Notes: generated from the letters alone by a model not told the origin. A stretch of 64,000 bases of DNA from Octopus vulgaris (GCA_951406725.2 OX597830.1:15004001-15068000); one strand, 5' to 3'; shown: positions 1 to 15,291, numbered from the stretch's first letter. Made by a program: numbers and translations.

Positions 1-176
1 GATGAGAATTTATCAGCATGCCAATGAGTAAAGAATTCCAACCATGACTGTCTCAATCTGTTTTAGTCAAAGTATCTAGATCTTACACTTTCTTAAAGAG
101 AGTGTGGTGTTGTTTGAGGGAAATATGATTGATATTTCTCGTAGTTCGAGCGAACGCATAAAGACTGCCTCGTTGT
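1..176 (+). repeat. Fragment of an old interspersed repeat (related pieces near 48405-48600 +, 50190-50280 +, 51222-51420 -)
   Basis: Shared degenerate motifs such as ATTCCAACCATGAC and GATATTTCTCGTAG; weak, by-eye similarity only. Confidence 0.35.
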
Positions 177-399
177 CTTGTGTCGTATGTACTTATGGCG
201 GCTCCATGGATCTGTGTGTTTCGGAATGCGACTTAGCTTATATGTATATACATTTGGTATCTGAAGTTATGGAAGGGATTTTTTCTCTGGAATGGATTTT
301 TTTCTATTTCGTGGATCAGAAAGCTCGTGTGCATGTACTTAAATGTGATCTTGTTTGTCCATATGTGCGCGTATGTGTCTGTACATATAGGAATATAAG

Positions 400-509
400 C
401 ATATATGTGTGTTTGTGTGTGTATAAATATATGTATATATGTGTGTGTTTGTGCGTTTATAAATATATATTGATGCGTACATATATATCATACATATAAA
501 CACGCACGC

Positions 510-593
<84 letters not shown>

Positions 594-836
594 GCAGAAA
601 TGCATGCGTATACACGTGCATATGCATTGAAACATGTATAAACACATCTTTATGCAATATAGTACACTCACACACGCACACACGTCTGCGCACACAAACA
701 CACATGCGCACACACACACACACACACACACAAGGGCGGAAAGAGAGAGAGAGAGAGAGAGCGGGAGAGAAGCAGCTATCTGCGTTTATCTATGTCTTTT
801 GAAGCATATGTAATTAGAACATTTATTTAAAAAGCA

Positions 837-899
<63 letters not shown>

Positions 900-960
900 A
901 CAGATACACACAAAGGCACACATATAAGCACATGTGAACTAAAAGCACACTCACGCAAAC
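400..960. repeat. Compound (CA)n/(TA)n/(GA)n microsatellites
   Basis: Direct inspection. Confidence 0.95.
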
Positions 961-1259
961 ACACTAAAACCTAGGCAAACACACCCTGAAGACCTCTAGA
1001 CCTCTTATGTAAAAGAATTGGCGGTCCAGTCTCCATCAGGCGATAGATTCTTGCAATGATATTGACATAGCACCGTGTTCCTTTGTTTGTTTGCTTATTT
1101 CTGCTGATTACATTAAACAGAATTCACTGTTGTCTTCAGCTAAACGATGACAACAAAACCAAGCAACCAACCAGTGACACACACACACACACACACACAC
1201 ACACAACAAACACGCGCACGCGCGAACACACACACATACATACATACAGAAATACATGC

Positions 1260-1290
<31 letters not shown>

Positions 1291-1449
1291 CACACTCACA
1301 AACAGAAAAAATATATATACATAATAATAAAACAGAAGCAAGAAACTAGAAAAGAGGCGAACAGAAATAATCATTGCAAACAAAATTTCATGTAAGCCTC
1401 CACTTACAGAAACAACATTTTTCTGTGTCTATTGTATAATTTTTTTTAT

Positions 1450-1480
<31 letters not shown>

Positions 1481-1775
1481 TCACATCATCATCATCACAA
1501 TCACCATCACCATCACCATCATCATCACCATCACCACCATCATCATCAGCATCATCGCCATCATCATCATCATCCTCCTCACCATCATCATCACCATCAT
1601 CATCATCATCACCACCAGCACCACCATCATCATCATCATCACAATCACCATCACCATCACCATCATCATCATCATCATAATCATCCTCACCATCATCATC
1701 ACCATCATCATCATCACCACCAGCACCACCATCAACACCACCACCACCACCATCATCATCACCATCATCATCATC

Positions 1776-1806
<31 letters not shown>

Positions 1807-1823
1807 CCACCACCACCACCACC

Positions 1824-1882
<59 letters not shown>

Positions 1883-1883
1883 C

Positions 1884-1929
<46 letters not shown>

Positions 1930-2163
1930 CCATCATCATCATTATCATCACGATCACATCATCACCACCACCACCATCACCATCACCATCATCATCAACC
2001 TCACCATCATCATCACCATCATCATCATCATCATCATCACCATCACCACCACCATCACCACCACACCACCACCATCATCATCATCATCATCATCAACATC
2101 ATCATCATCATCACCACCACCACCACCACCACCATCATCACCACCACCACCACCACCACCACC

Positions 2164-2194
<31 letters not shown>

Positions 2195-2222
2195 ATGTTA
2201 AATATAGAAAAGACTATTGTTG

Positions 2223-2286
<64 letters not shown>

Positions 2287-2535
2287 TTTGTTATTGTTAT
2301 TATTATTACACACTTATTTTTCTTTCAACCATCAATTTCGCACAACAATCCAAAGCAATGTTATTACTACTCTCTTGGTTTCCATATCTGTTATCGTTGT
2401 TGCTATTGTTGTTGTCATAGAGGTATAAGAAATTATTCTTCTTATTATTATCATCATCATCATCATCATCAACAGCATTATCATCATCATCATCATCAAT
2501 AGTAGTCTTAGTAGTAGTTGTTGTAGTAGTGGTAT
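1450..2535. repeat. Long compound trinucleotide tract (CAT/CAC, then TAT/TGT/TAG)
   Basis: Direct inspection; source of the poly-M/S/D/G/I pseudo-ORFs. Confidence 0.97.
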
Positions 2536-2799
2536 TAGGTATATTTTTGTTCATTTATTTTTCCCCTTTTTTTTTTTTTTAGCGGGAGAATGCATCTCCA
2601 GGCTGAGAAGATAGAAAAGACAATCTGTCTAGTTTTCTAAAATTTGATTTTCTTACTAGAAAATGATGCGGAAAGATATTGTTTCATGGTGCTTCACTGT
2701 GTTGCCATTGCACTCAGCAAAAAAATACGTGTTTTCTCTTCTCCCCTGCACTGGAACTGCTACCCACTCCAGGTGACATTATGCACATGCGTATGTAGA

Positions 2800-3142
2800 T
2801 GTCTATGTATATACATGAGTGTGTTTTGTGCGTGCGTGTGTGTGTGTGTGTCTGTGTGTGTGTATGTACACACATGAATATATGCACACATACATGCGTA
2901 TGCATACACATACACAGGTAAATATACATACATGTATACATATATATATATATGTATGTATCTGTATTCATACATTGATATATATGTACACATATTTGTT
3001 TAGTATATATATTTGTATATATGTATATATACATAAGTATATATATATATTATATATATATATACAAAACAAATATGTGTGTATATATAACTATATACAT
3101 ACATACATACATACATATATACATATACATATATATATATAC

Positions 3143-3197
<55 letters not shown>

Positions 3198-3358
3198 CAT
3201 ATACATATACATATATACACATATACATATACATATATATACATATACATATATATATGTGTGTGTGTGTGTATGTGCGTATGTATATGTCTATATGTAT
3301 ATAAAATATATATATATGTATATGTATATGTGTGTATGTATATGCATGTATATTCGTG

Positions 3359-3390
<32 letters not shown>

Positions 3391-3420
3391 TGTATGTATG
3401 TATGTACGTATGTATGTTTG
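2800..3420. repeat. (TG)n/(TA)n/(TATG)n low-complexity tract
   Basis: Direct inspection. Confidence 0.95.
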
Positions 3421-4182
3421 TATTGGCGCCAATTACCGCTTACCGCCGAATGGTTCTCTATTGAAACAGCTTGCTTATTCACTTTGTTCCGTTGTTAACT
3501 TCTCATTGCCGAGTATAGTTTTCTATTTTAACTGCAATTACAGCCAATCTCACTGCAAAATAGCTGCAAGGGTCTTGCTTTTTGTTTTGCTCATTGCTTT
3601 TTTCTTTCTTTCTTTCTCTCAGTGGAAAATTTTGTGTAACGTAAGATATGTACGTTAAGAGAAAAGTTTTTTTAAATAGTAGTGTCAGTCTTAGATAGTT
3701 GGTGTTATAGAAGCTTGACAATGTTTTCAAGCAGGTAAATTGAATATGCAAGCTTACTAGAGAGTGTTGATAATTGTAGAATTAAAGGATGTAAGAACTG
3801 ATAAAAAGAGAAAAATATGTTAGAATATAATGAAGTTAAACTGAGAAGTTAAGTTCTTTCTATCGGTAAGAAAAGTGTGGGCAACTTGGTTTCAAGATGA
3901 AAAGCCGATATTTTGTAGATCCACACTTAGACAGAAAGAGACGTTATTGTCTTTCTATTTTGTCGCTAAATATTTACCTGGACTGGACACTTCTTTTGCA
4001 TGTAACCATCCAATTAAAACCATCTGTGTTATGTACCCTGAATTAGTTAAGGAATTCTATGCAAACAGCTGTTCTTCTAGCCGACCCATAATAGAACAGA
4101 ATTTTCCTTCGTAAATGTAGGCCAAATGAGGTTATGAAATATTAAATATTTTTCTCATGACGAAACACTAGCAACTCATTCG
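3421..4182 (-). mobile_element. Decayed Penelope-like element 3' portion (putative)
   Basis: 4078-4182 is the reverse complement of 6963-7068, which reads [14 protein letters not shown], similar to the E..xCRHxxKYLL C-terminus of PLE ORFs; ends at a microsatellite. Confidence 0.4.
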
Positions 4183-4717
4183 TACTCAGCGATACATGAG
4201 CTGGCTGTCAAATAATCCTTTATTAACGCTGCTATAAGCAGATTGATTATTGGGACGGTTGGATAAACACACACGTGTTTTGTGATTTCACTTCGATAAT
4301 GGAATATCGATTTATCGTATGAATAGTTGGCTCTTTGGCTCATTCGGTGATTGTTTCGCTTAATAGAAAGTAGTTAGTCATCAATTTTTTAAGCCCACAC
4401 CTGATTACATCATGGCGTTAGAAGCCTGTTAGAAGCAGCTTTCAAATTTTCTACAAATTTTGCCCCCACCACTGAATTAGATGACATAATATAGTCACTT
4501 ATATGTACCCACGTTGCACCGCATAATTCAAGTGCGGTCACAATATTCATAAGGAAAACTTCATAGACCACCAAACACGCACTTAGTTTTAATTGTATTT
4601 AATAGTCTACTGTGGGACTATAACCTGACTTTGGTCCACCAAAACTTTACTATGACCACGCATGATACACCCGGATTATGTTACTCATCAATGACATAAC
4701 ACACACACACACACACA

Positions 4718-4763
<46 letters not shown>

Positions 4764-4766
<3 letters not shown>

Positions 4767-4888
4767 TAAACGTAAAAATAATTACAGACATGGACAAGAA
4801 CACACACGACACAAGAACCACAGGACGGACATTCGAAGCCCTCAGTATCAGTCAAGAACCAGATCATCTTGCAATTTCGGCTGATTAA
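4764..4888 (-). mobile_element. Short (TA)n-flanked PLE-like terminal fragment, same family as 15292-15415
   Basis: Both copies share GGACATTCGAAGCC..CAGTCAAGAACC.GATCATC..GCAATTTCGGCT and abut (TA)n. Confidence 0.55.
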
Positions 4889-5248
4889 TATATATATATA
4901 TATATATATATACACGAACAAAAATACAGAATACGTGACAACAATAAGAATACAAAACGTAAAACAATAACGGTAAAAATAAAGTATAAAAAATAAACAA
5001 CAAAACAAAACCAGGACGTAGGACAAGGGTTCGACAGGACGAATTGAGCATGGGCTGGCTTGAAGTTGTGCCTAGGCCACAGGGAGACGAACAAGTACGG
5101 TTGCTTCAACGGCTGCTGAACGAAGAGCGCTCAACAGGTCAGCAGTCACGTGAGAACAAAAGACAAGAGAAAGGGACAGATGAAAAGAGAGAAGGTGGAC
5201 GAGGAGGAGAAGAAAGAGACAGATCGAGGGGGCTGGATATGAGAAACG

Positions 5249-7095
<1,847 letters not shown>

Positions 7096-7734
7096 TATAT
7101 ACATATATACAATATATATATTATATAATATATATATTGTGAAATTTGATTAAGTATTATTTAATTTAATTTTTCCCTGTAAGTTTGGAATCATATTCCT
7201 TAATATTATTATATATATATATATATATATATATAAGCAATGATATAGCTCGCAGCTGGTACCCCTTTAATCATAGGTTAGCACCATCTTAGGTGAACTG
7301 AAGTTAAACAAAATCAACAGCGATATCATCAAAATGGTGCAGCTAATCTAGTGTAATTGAGTCTGCTTGTGTCCAACGTAATGCAATGTAAAGGGAGATA
7401 GTTTTTCAGATCAATGTTGTAATTATTCAGCGATCAACTCCACATAGCATGTAAAGGCTATTCTCATCTACGCGGATTTGGAACAAATGAGCAAAGAAGT
7501 AAGAGACACTAATATATGACCCGTTCTCTGCTAGGCCTTTACTATAACCACTTGCCTAGCTGCCACCTTCTGAAGTGCATTATAAGTCAATGATTACAGC
7601 TCTCACCTGAGCGCTATAGAGCTATATGGTCGCATTGAACCGAAGTTGTAAAAGCAACCTTTCCCTTAAAAATAAAAGAAAAAATCCCCAAATAACTTCA
7701 ACTTTTGAATTCCGAAACAATATTCTTAAATGTG

Positions 7735-7888
7735 ACTTACGTCACAAATTTACATTTGATATTTGACGTCATAAATGTATAATTTATATCTTAAGTCATA
7801 AATTTACAATTTATATCTTATATCATAAAGTTACAATTTATGTCTTACGATATAAATTTTTAATTTATATCTTATGTCATAAATTTAG
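7735..7888. repeat. 27-bp minisatellite, about 5.5 copies
   Basis: CATAAA-like anchors at 7743, 7770, 7797, 7824, 7851, 7878; unit approximately TCATAAATTTACAATTTATATCTTAAG. Confidence 0.85.
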
Positions 7889-8052
7889 AATCTACCACAC
7901 TTAGTATAAAATGTAAAATGTAAATGTAAAAGACACCCAGCATGATACTAGTCTCTGTTTTATAAGCCAATACCTGGTACTTAACTGTACTATATTATCC
8001 ATATCAATTCAAATTAAATCTATAACCATCTGTGAGTGTGCATGTGCATGTC

Positions 8053-8086
<34 letters not shown>

Positions 8087-8247
8087 TAAGCGGCTTTCCT
8101 TTTAAAGTAATTAAAATACTGTTCTGTTCCGTTTGTACATGTTTTAGTATTCAAATAAAAGTTTCGATACGACTGGAAGTTCCTGTAAGCTGGTTGTGTC
8201 ATGTCTTATCTTCATATACATCCGCCAGTCAACTGAGACATCTTTAT

Positions 8248-8298
<51 letters not shown>

Positions 8299-8391
8299 CA
8301 TACATATATCTGTATAAATATCTATGTATGCATATACACAGAAATGTATATATATATGCATAGGCACAAATACCTATATCTATTTCTCTCG

Positions 8392-8442
<51 letters not shown>

Positions 8443-8497
8443 GTATGTATAAATATATATATACATATGTATGTATAAATATATATATATATATATA

Positions 8498-8532
<35 letters not shown>

Positions 8533-8555
8533 TTATACATACATATGTATATATA

Positions 8556-8626
<71 letters not shown>

Positions 8627-8631
<5 letters not shown>

Positions 8632-8834
8632 ATCCAAACATGAAAACACAAAGAGAAAACACAACAACGCGAGGACGTGGAACAAGTATAGTATTATTGG
8701 ACGCTCAGGAAAGAAGGAAGGAAGGAGGGTTTAACGTTTCGAGCGGAGCTCTTCGTCAGAAACATAGGAAAAGGAAAGATCCAAAGAAGGGAAGACGGAG
8801 GGAAAAAAATCGCCAACCGTACACACGCGGTCAC

Positions 8835-8837
<3 letters not shown>
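8627..8837 (-). mobile_element. PLE-type terminal fragment carrying a hammerhead motif, inserted in (TA)n
   Basis: (TA)n on both sides; hammerhead core; downstream TTCCTGAGCGTC.AA shared with the 12406 and 33025 copies. Confidence 0.75.
8729..8763 (-). ncRNA. Minimal type I hammerhead ribozyme motif
   Basis: GUUU-CUGACGA-A-GAGC(UCC)GCUC-GAA-ACGU-U-AAAC: stem I GUUU/AAAC, 4-bp stem II, palindromic ACGU stem III. Confidence 0.75.
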
Positions 8838-8884
<47 letters not shown>

Positions 8885-9144
8885 CTTATATATATATATC
8901 TTGTTATTCTAAGATGCTGTGCACGGAACCAGAATTTCTAACTCGAGTCAAATAAAGCAAACTTCTCCAAACCGCTGTTAGAGCATCCGCACAATGGGAA
9001 TCAGGATTGGCTACTTTTTACAGATATCGAGTCGTTTAAGTTGTAATAATATCACCATTTGGGTTGACTTCACTATTACAACTTTGTGTGTGTGTTTATG
9101 TGTGTCTGTGTGTCCGTGTACACACTTACATACTTACACACACG

Positions 9145-9241
<97 letters not shown>

Positions 9242-9375
9242 GTGTGTACAAATATATATATATAGAAATATCCCGGTTAGCACTCAATATTCGATATATG
9301 AAAAAATACAGATGCAATACAGGATCTTTATAACATACCATAGACAGAAATACAAGTTCAGTAAATAACTTTTGT

Positions 9376-9680
9376 GGAGGCACATGGCCTAGTGGTTGGA
9401 GCAGCGGACTCGCGGTCGAGGGATCACGGGGTTCGAATCTCAGACCGGGCGATGTGTGTGTTTATGAGCGAAACACTTAAGCTCCACGGGGCTCCGGCAG
9501 AAGATAATGGTGAACTTCTGCTGACTCTTTCGCCAGAACTTTTTCTTACTCTTTCCTCCTGCATCTTGCAGCTCACCTGCGACGGACCGGCGTCCCGTCC
9601 AGGTGGGGAACCTATACGCCAAGGAAACGGGGAAACCGGCCCTTATAAGCCAGGCATGACTCGAGAAGGAACAAACAAAA
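9376..9680 (+). mobile_element. tRNA-derived SINE, family C (octopus OR-like), near full length
   Basis: A box TGGCCTAGTGG, B box GGTTCGAATCT; head shared with 35228 and 39247, tail shared with 27693. Confidence 0.85.
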
Positions 9681-10477
9681 TAACTTTTAACTATCATACA
9701 GACATAGAAGAAGGCGAGAAACAACGCCAAACGGCTAGAAAATATCTAAAGACTTTCTATCTTACCCTGCTAAATAACATTACATAACTTCATACAACGT
9801 GATGTTACACGTTGTAATTGAAAGTTATTGCGAAATTAGAGAACAAGTATAATTATTTACAACCTAATCTTATTATGAAATTATTAAAAAGGTCAAATTA
9901 ATCAACTACAATCAAGAGTAAACATACCTAGTCACCGTTAGTTCATTTGAAAAGAATCTGCAGAAAATTGTACAGAAGATGTTGTATCTCACATAAGGAT
10001 CCAGGGCGTATATATTGCTTATGTTTTAATTACTTTTTAAAGCATGTCGTATCATTTTTCTTGAAACCTCTTTCACAAAACAGCTTGCGATATCACTGCA
10101 ACCTGAACCTTACCTTGCTGTTGCGCTCACAGCCAGGGTCGTTATCAGTAAAACAGACTGTGATTTTCATAACCTTAGCGACGCAGATGCCGTATTTAAA
10201 ACTATGTGCTTGCGTCTGGCTCAAAGACAGGGCTGTCGAGAGCGGTGAGATGGCAGAATCGTTAGTGCGCCGGACAAAATGCTTGACGGAATTTCGTCCG
10301 TCTTTGACGAGAAAATAAGAAGAGCCGTTGGCTAATTCGAGGAATGCTCGAACACAGTGCTCCTTTGATATATTGAGGAATAAGGAACCTGTAACCGCCG
10401 AAGCTATTGTTCAAAACTTGCAACAAATAAACAAGCAACACCTTAATAAATTAATAAAATAAATAAATAAATAAATA

Positions 10478-10638
10478 GGTGCAGCCGTAGCTGTGTGGTA
10501 AGAAGCTTGCTTCCGGACCACATGGTTTGGGTTCAGTCCCACTGCGTGACACCTTGGGCAAGTGTCTTCCATTATAGCCTCTGGCCGACAAAAGCCTTGT
10601 GAGTGGATATAGTAGACGGAAACTGAAAGAGACCCGTC

Positions 10639-10686
<48 letters not shown>

Positions 10687-10937
10687 CGTTAACGTACAGA
10701 TCTGCTTGGTAAAATTGTTAATTAATTGATTAAATAATTAATTAATTTAATTAATAAATTTTACCCTTCTATTATATATATATAGTCAGGGTTTTGACTG
10801 CTATTTCGGCATGGTGGTGTCTCTCAGACACCCTTATTTTTAGTTGTAAAAAAATTATTACCTTTGTATGGTATTTTTCCCATGCTGGCCACTTGATAAT
10901 ATCGATATTTAAATATCGATATTATCTTTATTTATAA

Positions 10938-10998
<61 letters not shown>

Positions 10999-11190
10999 TG
11001 TGTGTGTGTGTGTGTTTGTGATTTGTGTGTGTGTTTACGTCACCGTTACTTAGTAGTTCGGCAAAAGAAACCGGCTGAATAAGTATTTGGCTTACAAAGA
11101 ATAAGTCTTGGGGGGTCGATTTGTTCGACTAAAAGCGGGTGTTCCAGCATGGCCGTAGTGAAATGACTGAAATAAGTAAAAGAATAAAAG
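10478..11190 (+). mobile_element. SINE family A with expanded internal microsatellite and nested inserts
   Basis: Head GCTGTGTGGTAAGAAGCTTGC..GGTTCAGTCCCACTGCG, tail CCAGCATGGCC..TGACTGAAA; inserted in (AAAT)n. Confidence 0.9.
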
Positions 11191-11213
11191 AATAATATAA
11201 ATAAATAAATGAA

Positions 11214-11252
<39 letters not shown>

Positions 11253-11663
11253 ATACGTATAGTGCTTTGACCTCGAACATTCTACAATACTAATTCTCTT
11301 GGGAAAACATGGACGGCAAATACCGCAAATAACAAAGGCGTCATTAGGGACGGTGAGAAAAACAAATTAAGAGAGAAAAAAACTTCACTTAATACATTAT
11401 TTAATTGAAAGAGTTAAGCTCGCTACCTACCCAATTTACTGTGTGACGTCAGAAACCGTTTGAAGCCATTTTATTTTGCCGACATGACAAATGGCGTTTG
11501 TAAAAGTGGCATGAACGTTACAACATTCCGTTTGTCGTCCTTTATGAATTGAAGTCTGTGTAGGAGTTAATCAAAGAAGCTTATAATCTTACACACTCAC
11601 ACATGCATACATACATGCATACCTGCATTACAAATATGCATATATACATATACATGCGTTATA

Positions 11664-11887
11664 TAGCTGGCAGAAACGTTAGCGCGCCGGGCGAAATGCG
11701 TTGCCGTATTTCGTCTGTCGTTACGTTCTGAGTTCAAATTCCGCCGAGGTCGACTTTGCCTTTCATCCTCTCGGGGTCGATAAATAAAGCAACAGTTTCG
11801 CACTGGGTCGATGTAATCGACTCAATCCCTTTGTCTGTCCTTGTTTGTCCCCTCTATGTTTAGCCCCTTGTGGCTAGTAAAGAAATA
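11664..11887 (+). mobile_element. SINE family B
   Basis: GCTGGCAGAAACGTTAGC..GAGTTCAAATTCCGCCGAGGTCGACTTTGCCTTTCATCC..GTAAAGAAATA. Confidence 0.92.
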
Positions 11888-12189
11888 TATATGTATATGC
11901 ATATATATATACGTAAGTACGTACGTATATATGTGTCTTTGTGAGTGAATGTGTGTGCATGTGTGTGTGTGTGTGTCTCTGTGTATATATTCTTCTGCTA
12001 GTATCAGCTCGAGAGCTGCGGCCATGCTGGGGCACCACAACTATATATATATATGGAGTGAGGGAGATATAAAGTGGGAGATAGTTATACGCATGTCTCT
12101 CATGCAATTTCACACATTAATGATGCAGACATACAGAATATAAAAAAAAAGAATAATATATACATATACAAATATGTCTGCGTGTGTAC

Positions 12190-12405
<216 letters not shown>

Positions 12406-12517
12406 GGGCTCGAAACGTAAAAGACTTTTCAATTTTCTCTGAGCGTCAAACTGATACACTTGTTTGTTGTTCCTACACCTGTCTTGGTTTTTTTGCGTTT
12501 CCATAAATTGGAACTAG
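12406..12517 (+). mobile_element. PLE-type terminus truncated inside hammerhead stem II
   Basis: GGCTCGAAACGTAAAAGACTTT..GAGCGTCAAACT.ATACAC matches the reverse complement of 33030-33132. Confidence 0.75.
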
Positions 12518-12527
12518 ATAGATAAAT

Positions 12528-12590
<63 letters not shown>

Positions 12591-13012
12591 GGGACAGAGA
12601 TCAAGTGACAGATCATTTTAAAAGAGTAGCTCATAACTACACAGGGAGAAAAGTTATAAATATCCATTCTTTGCGTCTATTCTCTCTCTCTCTGCGTCTA
12701 TTCTCTCTCTCCCCCTCTCTCCTTTCCCCCTTTCCCCTCTCCCCCTCTCCTTTCCCCCTCTCTCTCTTTTGTCATTCTCTATATAATGATACACTCGCAT
12801 TACACGCACAAATATATATACACTTTCACATATATGAGAACAGTATTATCTGTCTATCTATCACTCAATGTGTTTGGATGCATGTATACAGATAAAAATA
12901 CAAAGAATTTTCTCAGCACGATCTTTAATTTAAGTAAATATAAGTAAACCAGCGAAGCAAAGCTAACAACTTCTTAATTTCAATAGTTGTGCCTTAATAA
13001 GCTGACATAATG

Positions 13013-13355
13013 TTAGGTGGCGAACTGGCAGAATCGTTAGCACGCCGGGCAAAATGCCTAGCGGTATTTCGTCAGTCGTTACGTTCTGAGTTCAAATTCC
13101 GTAAAAGCAGACGAAATACCTATTTCTTTGCTACCCACAAGGGGCTAAACACAGAGAGGACAAACAGGGACAGACAAACGGATTAAGTCGATTATATCGA
13201 CTCCAGCGAATAACTGATACTTAATTTATTGACCCCGAAAGGATGAAAGGCAAAATCGACCTCGGCGGAATTTGAACTCAGAACGTAACGGCAGACGAAA
13301 TACTGCTACGCATTTCGCCCGGCGTGCTAACGTTTCTGCCAGCTCACCGCCTTAT
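13013..13355. mobile_element. SINE B head (+, 13013-13101) fused to a full SINE B (-, 13107-13355)
   Basis: Direct match to other family B copies on both strands. Confidence 0.9.
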
Positions 13356-14029
13356 TAATCAACATATTGACTGCAAGAATCGAAGCGCTGTGAACAGTTT
13401 TGAGTATGGAAAGGAGAAAGTGGCAATATATAAAAGAGATAGATCGAAGTATTGGAGAAAATTTTGAAGAATATTTGAATAGTTCTATTGAACTCCGAAT
13501 TCCACCAGAAGAGCATAGACAAAAATGATGAGTTAATCAATGATTTCAGTCTAGAAGCCAAAAGCGCACTCGAAACATTCAGCGTCACGGAATTGGGCAG
13601 CTTGGAGAATTGCAGTTCAAAACAGAATCGAAAACTTGAGGTTGTAACACCAGTTATTTTTAATCGGGGCTGGTATTGCCCCACGCCAAATAAGGGGGTT
13701 TATTATGCTTAATACATCCACAGCTATTTGGTTGCATTGTCGTCTGTAATGATCCAACAGAGGAGAGGCGTTCTGATTGTGACCACTCCTGTCAACTAAA
13801 TTATCCAATGTATCATTTCTTGTTTTTAAAATAGTTGTTTGAGTATAAAGCCTATCGCTTCTTTTTCGCAGGACGAACGACTGCATGTAGGCTTCTTTGT
13901 GGAGGTGGCCACAGATGGTTATAGAAGATCTCAAGCGTTGTTTCTTCTGTGAAGTTACGAATACGTTGAGTGTATTAGGTTTATACTTGTCTATACTTAC
14001 TTGAGTAAGTACGTGAGTGTCTATACATA

Positions 14030-14454
14030 GGATCTTTTCGGTTTGAACGGCAGTTTTTAACATAATTTCCACGTAACTAAACACTTTTAAACTTCGTATA
14101 CTGGTAGAATGTGTTTATAAAACATCTTTTTCTCTTGGCTTTATTGAGAAAATTCTATAGTTTGTAAGATATTTGTTGTTTTTTTCCTTCAATTTCTGCA
14201 ATTTCAACCAAACACTGACGTGTATTGAGGTAAAAACATTCTGTGCCGTATGAATTTGTCCCTCGTTTAAGAAACAGATTGAGTTTATTTACATTTGTGA
14301 AGAAAAAAATATACCCTTCCCCCACCCCTAACCCTAACTAACCCTAAATCTAAAATAGATTGAAATGCAATAGATCGATTCTAGGGTCATAATTATGGGT
14401 GACAATTTCATATGACACCGCTAGAAAAAACTGCCGTTCAAACCGAAAAGATCC
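14030..14454. mobile_element. MITE with 29-bp perfect TIRs and 8-bp TSD (Merlin-like termini)
   Basis: TIR GGATCTTTTCGGTTTGAACGGCAGTTTTT at both ends; TATACATA duplicated at 14022-14029 and 14455-14462. Confidence 0.92.
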
Positions 14455-14592
14455 TATACATACCGTAGATACCCGGGTATACACTGTACAATCTATTAGA
14501 TCCTGCAAATAATTATGTACACACACATGCACACAAACACTCGCACGCACACACGTACACACACACATATGTATGTATATGTGTACACATAT

Positions 14593-14645
<53 letters not shown>

Positions 14646-14647
<2 letters not shown>

Positions 14648-15210
14648 AGCAAAAAACCCCTCGCCCCGTCCAATGGACGGTGCTGAATCATATCTGCTGA
14701 ATAAAAAGCAATCAGTGTTTTCTTTTCATTAAAAAATTATTAAGTATACCTTTATTTCAATAAAATTTTTAGTTTTGTTAAACGAAGTTAAGACAAAAAA
14801 CAAAACTTCTTGAGAAACCAAATAGTCTTTCCATCCTTCATGCCAAGTTTGAAGAAAATATCTCTTTTGCATCTTACCTTTTTGGACTCTGAAATATACA
14901 GCATTTTGTGACATTATTTAAAGCAAGCAAGCTTTTTTTGCTCAAATTGCACGTGCATCATTCTCGCGTACGCGTAGTATCGATCGCAACAGCTGATATA
15001 CTTTCGCGTACAAATGCACGTTCCCACGGCTTTATCGATCGCATTCTCACCTGGAATTGATCTTTGTAATTTTTTCAAGACTTATACACGCCCTGATACC
15101 GTCGGTATCTACATATCAAAATTGAGCGCAATCGGATGGAGGATGCCCGAGATCCTAGAAGACACACACAGACACACAGACAGATAGAACGGATTTTATA
15201 TAATAGATAT
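14646..15210 (+). mobile_element. Non-autonomous Helitron/Helentron-like element (putative)
   Basis: 3' end CAAAATTGAGCGCAATCGG...(ACAG)n...TTTTATATAATAGAT resembles Lep1/DINE-type ends; TA-rich flanks. Confidence 0.5.
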
Positions 15211-15227
15211 ATACATAGATATATACA

Positions 15228-15272
<45 letters not shown>

Positions 15273-15291
15273 ATCATTATTATTATTATAT

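Noticed and set aside
4153-4200. SECIS-like ATGAC-11nt-AA spacing (also reverse complement of 6948-6992)
   Set aside because: The 3' GA of the quartet is missing, helix II pairs poorly, and the protein-like motif indicates the opposite strand is the sense strand.
9376-9450. tRNA genes here and at 39290-39362, 56963-57020, 61357-61430
   Set aside because: A and B boxes are present, but there is no complete cloverleaf and each continues into a SINE body.
13365-13715. Possible LINE C-terminus (RNWAAWRIAV); similar vague relics at 16100-16340, 27960-28260, 39990-40230, 45825-46120
   Set aside because: Too decayed to assign from sequence alone.
14325-14347. Telomeric CCCTAA repeats
   Set aside because: Only about three units inside a MITE; not a telomere or fusion site.
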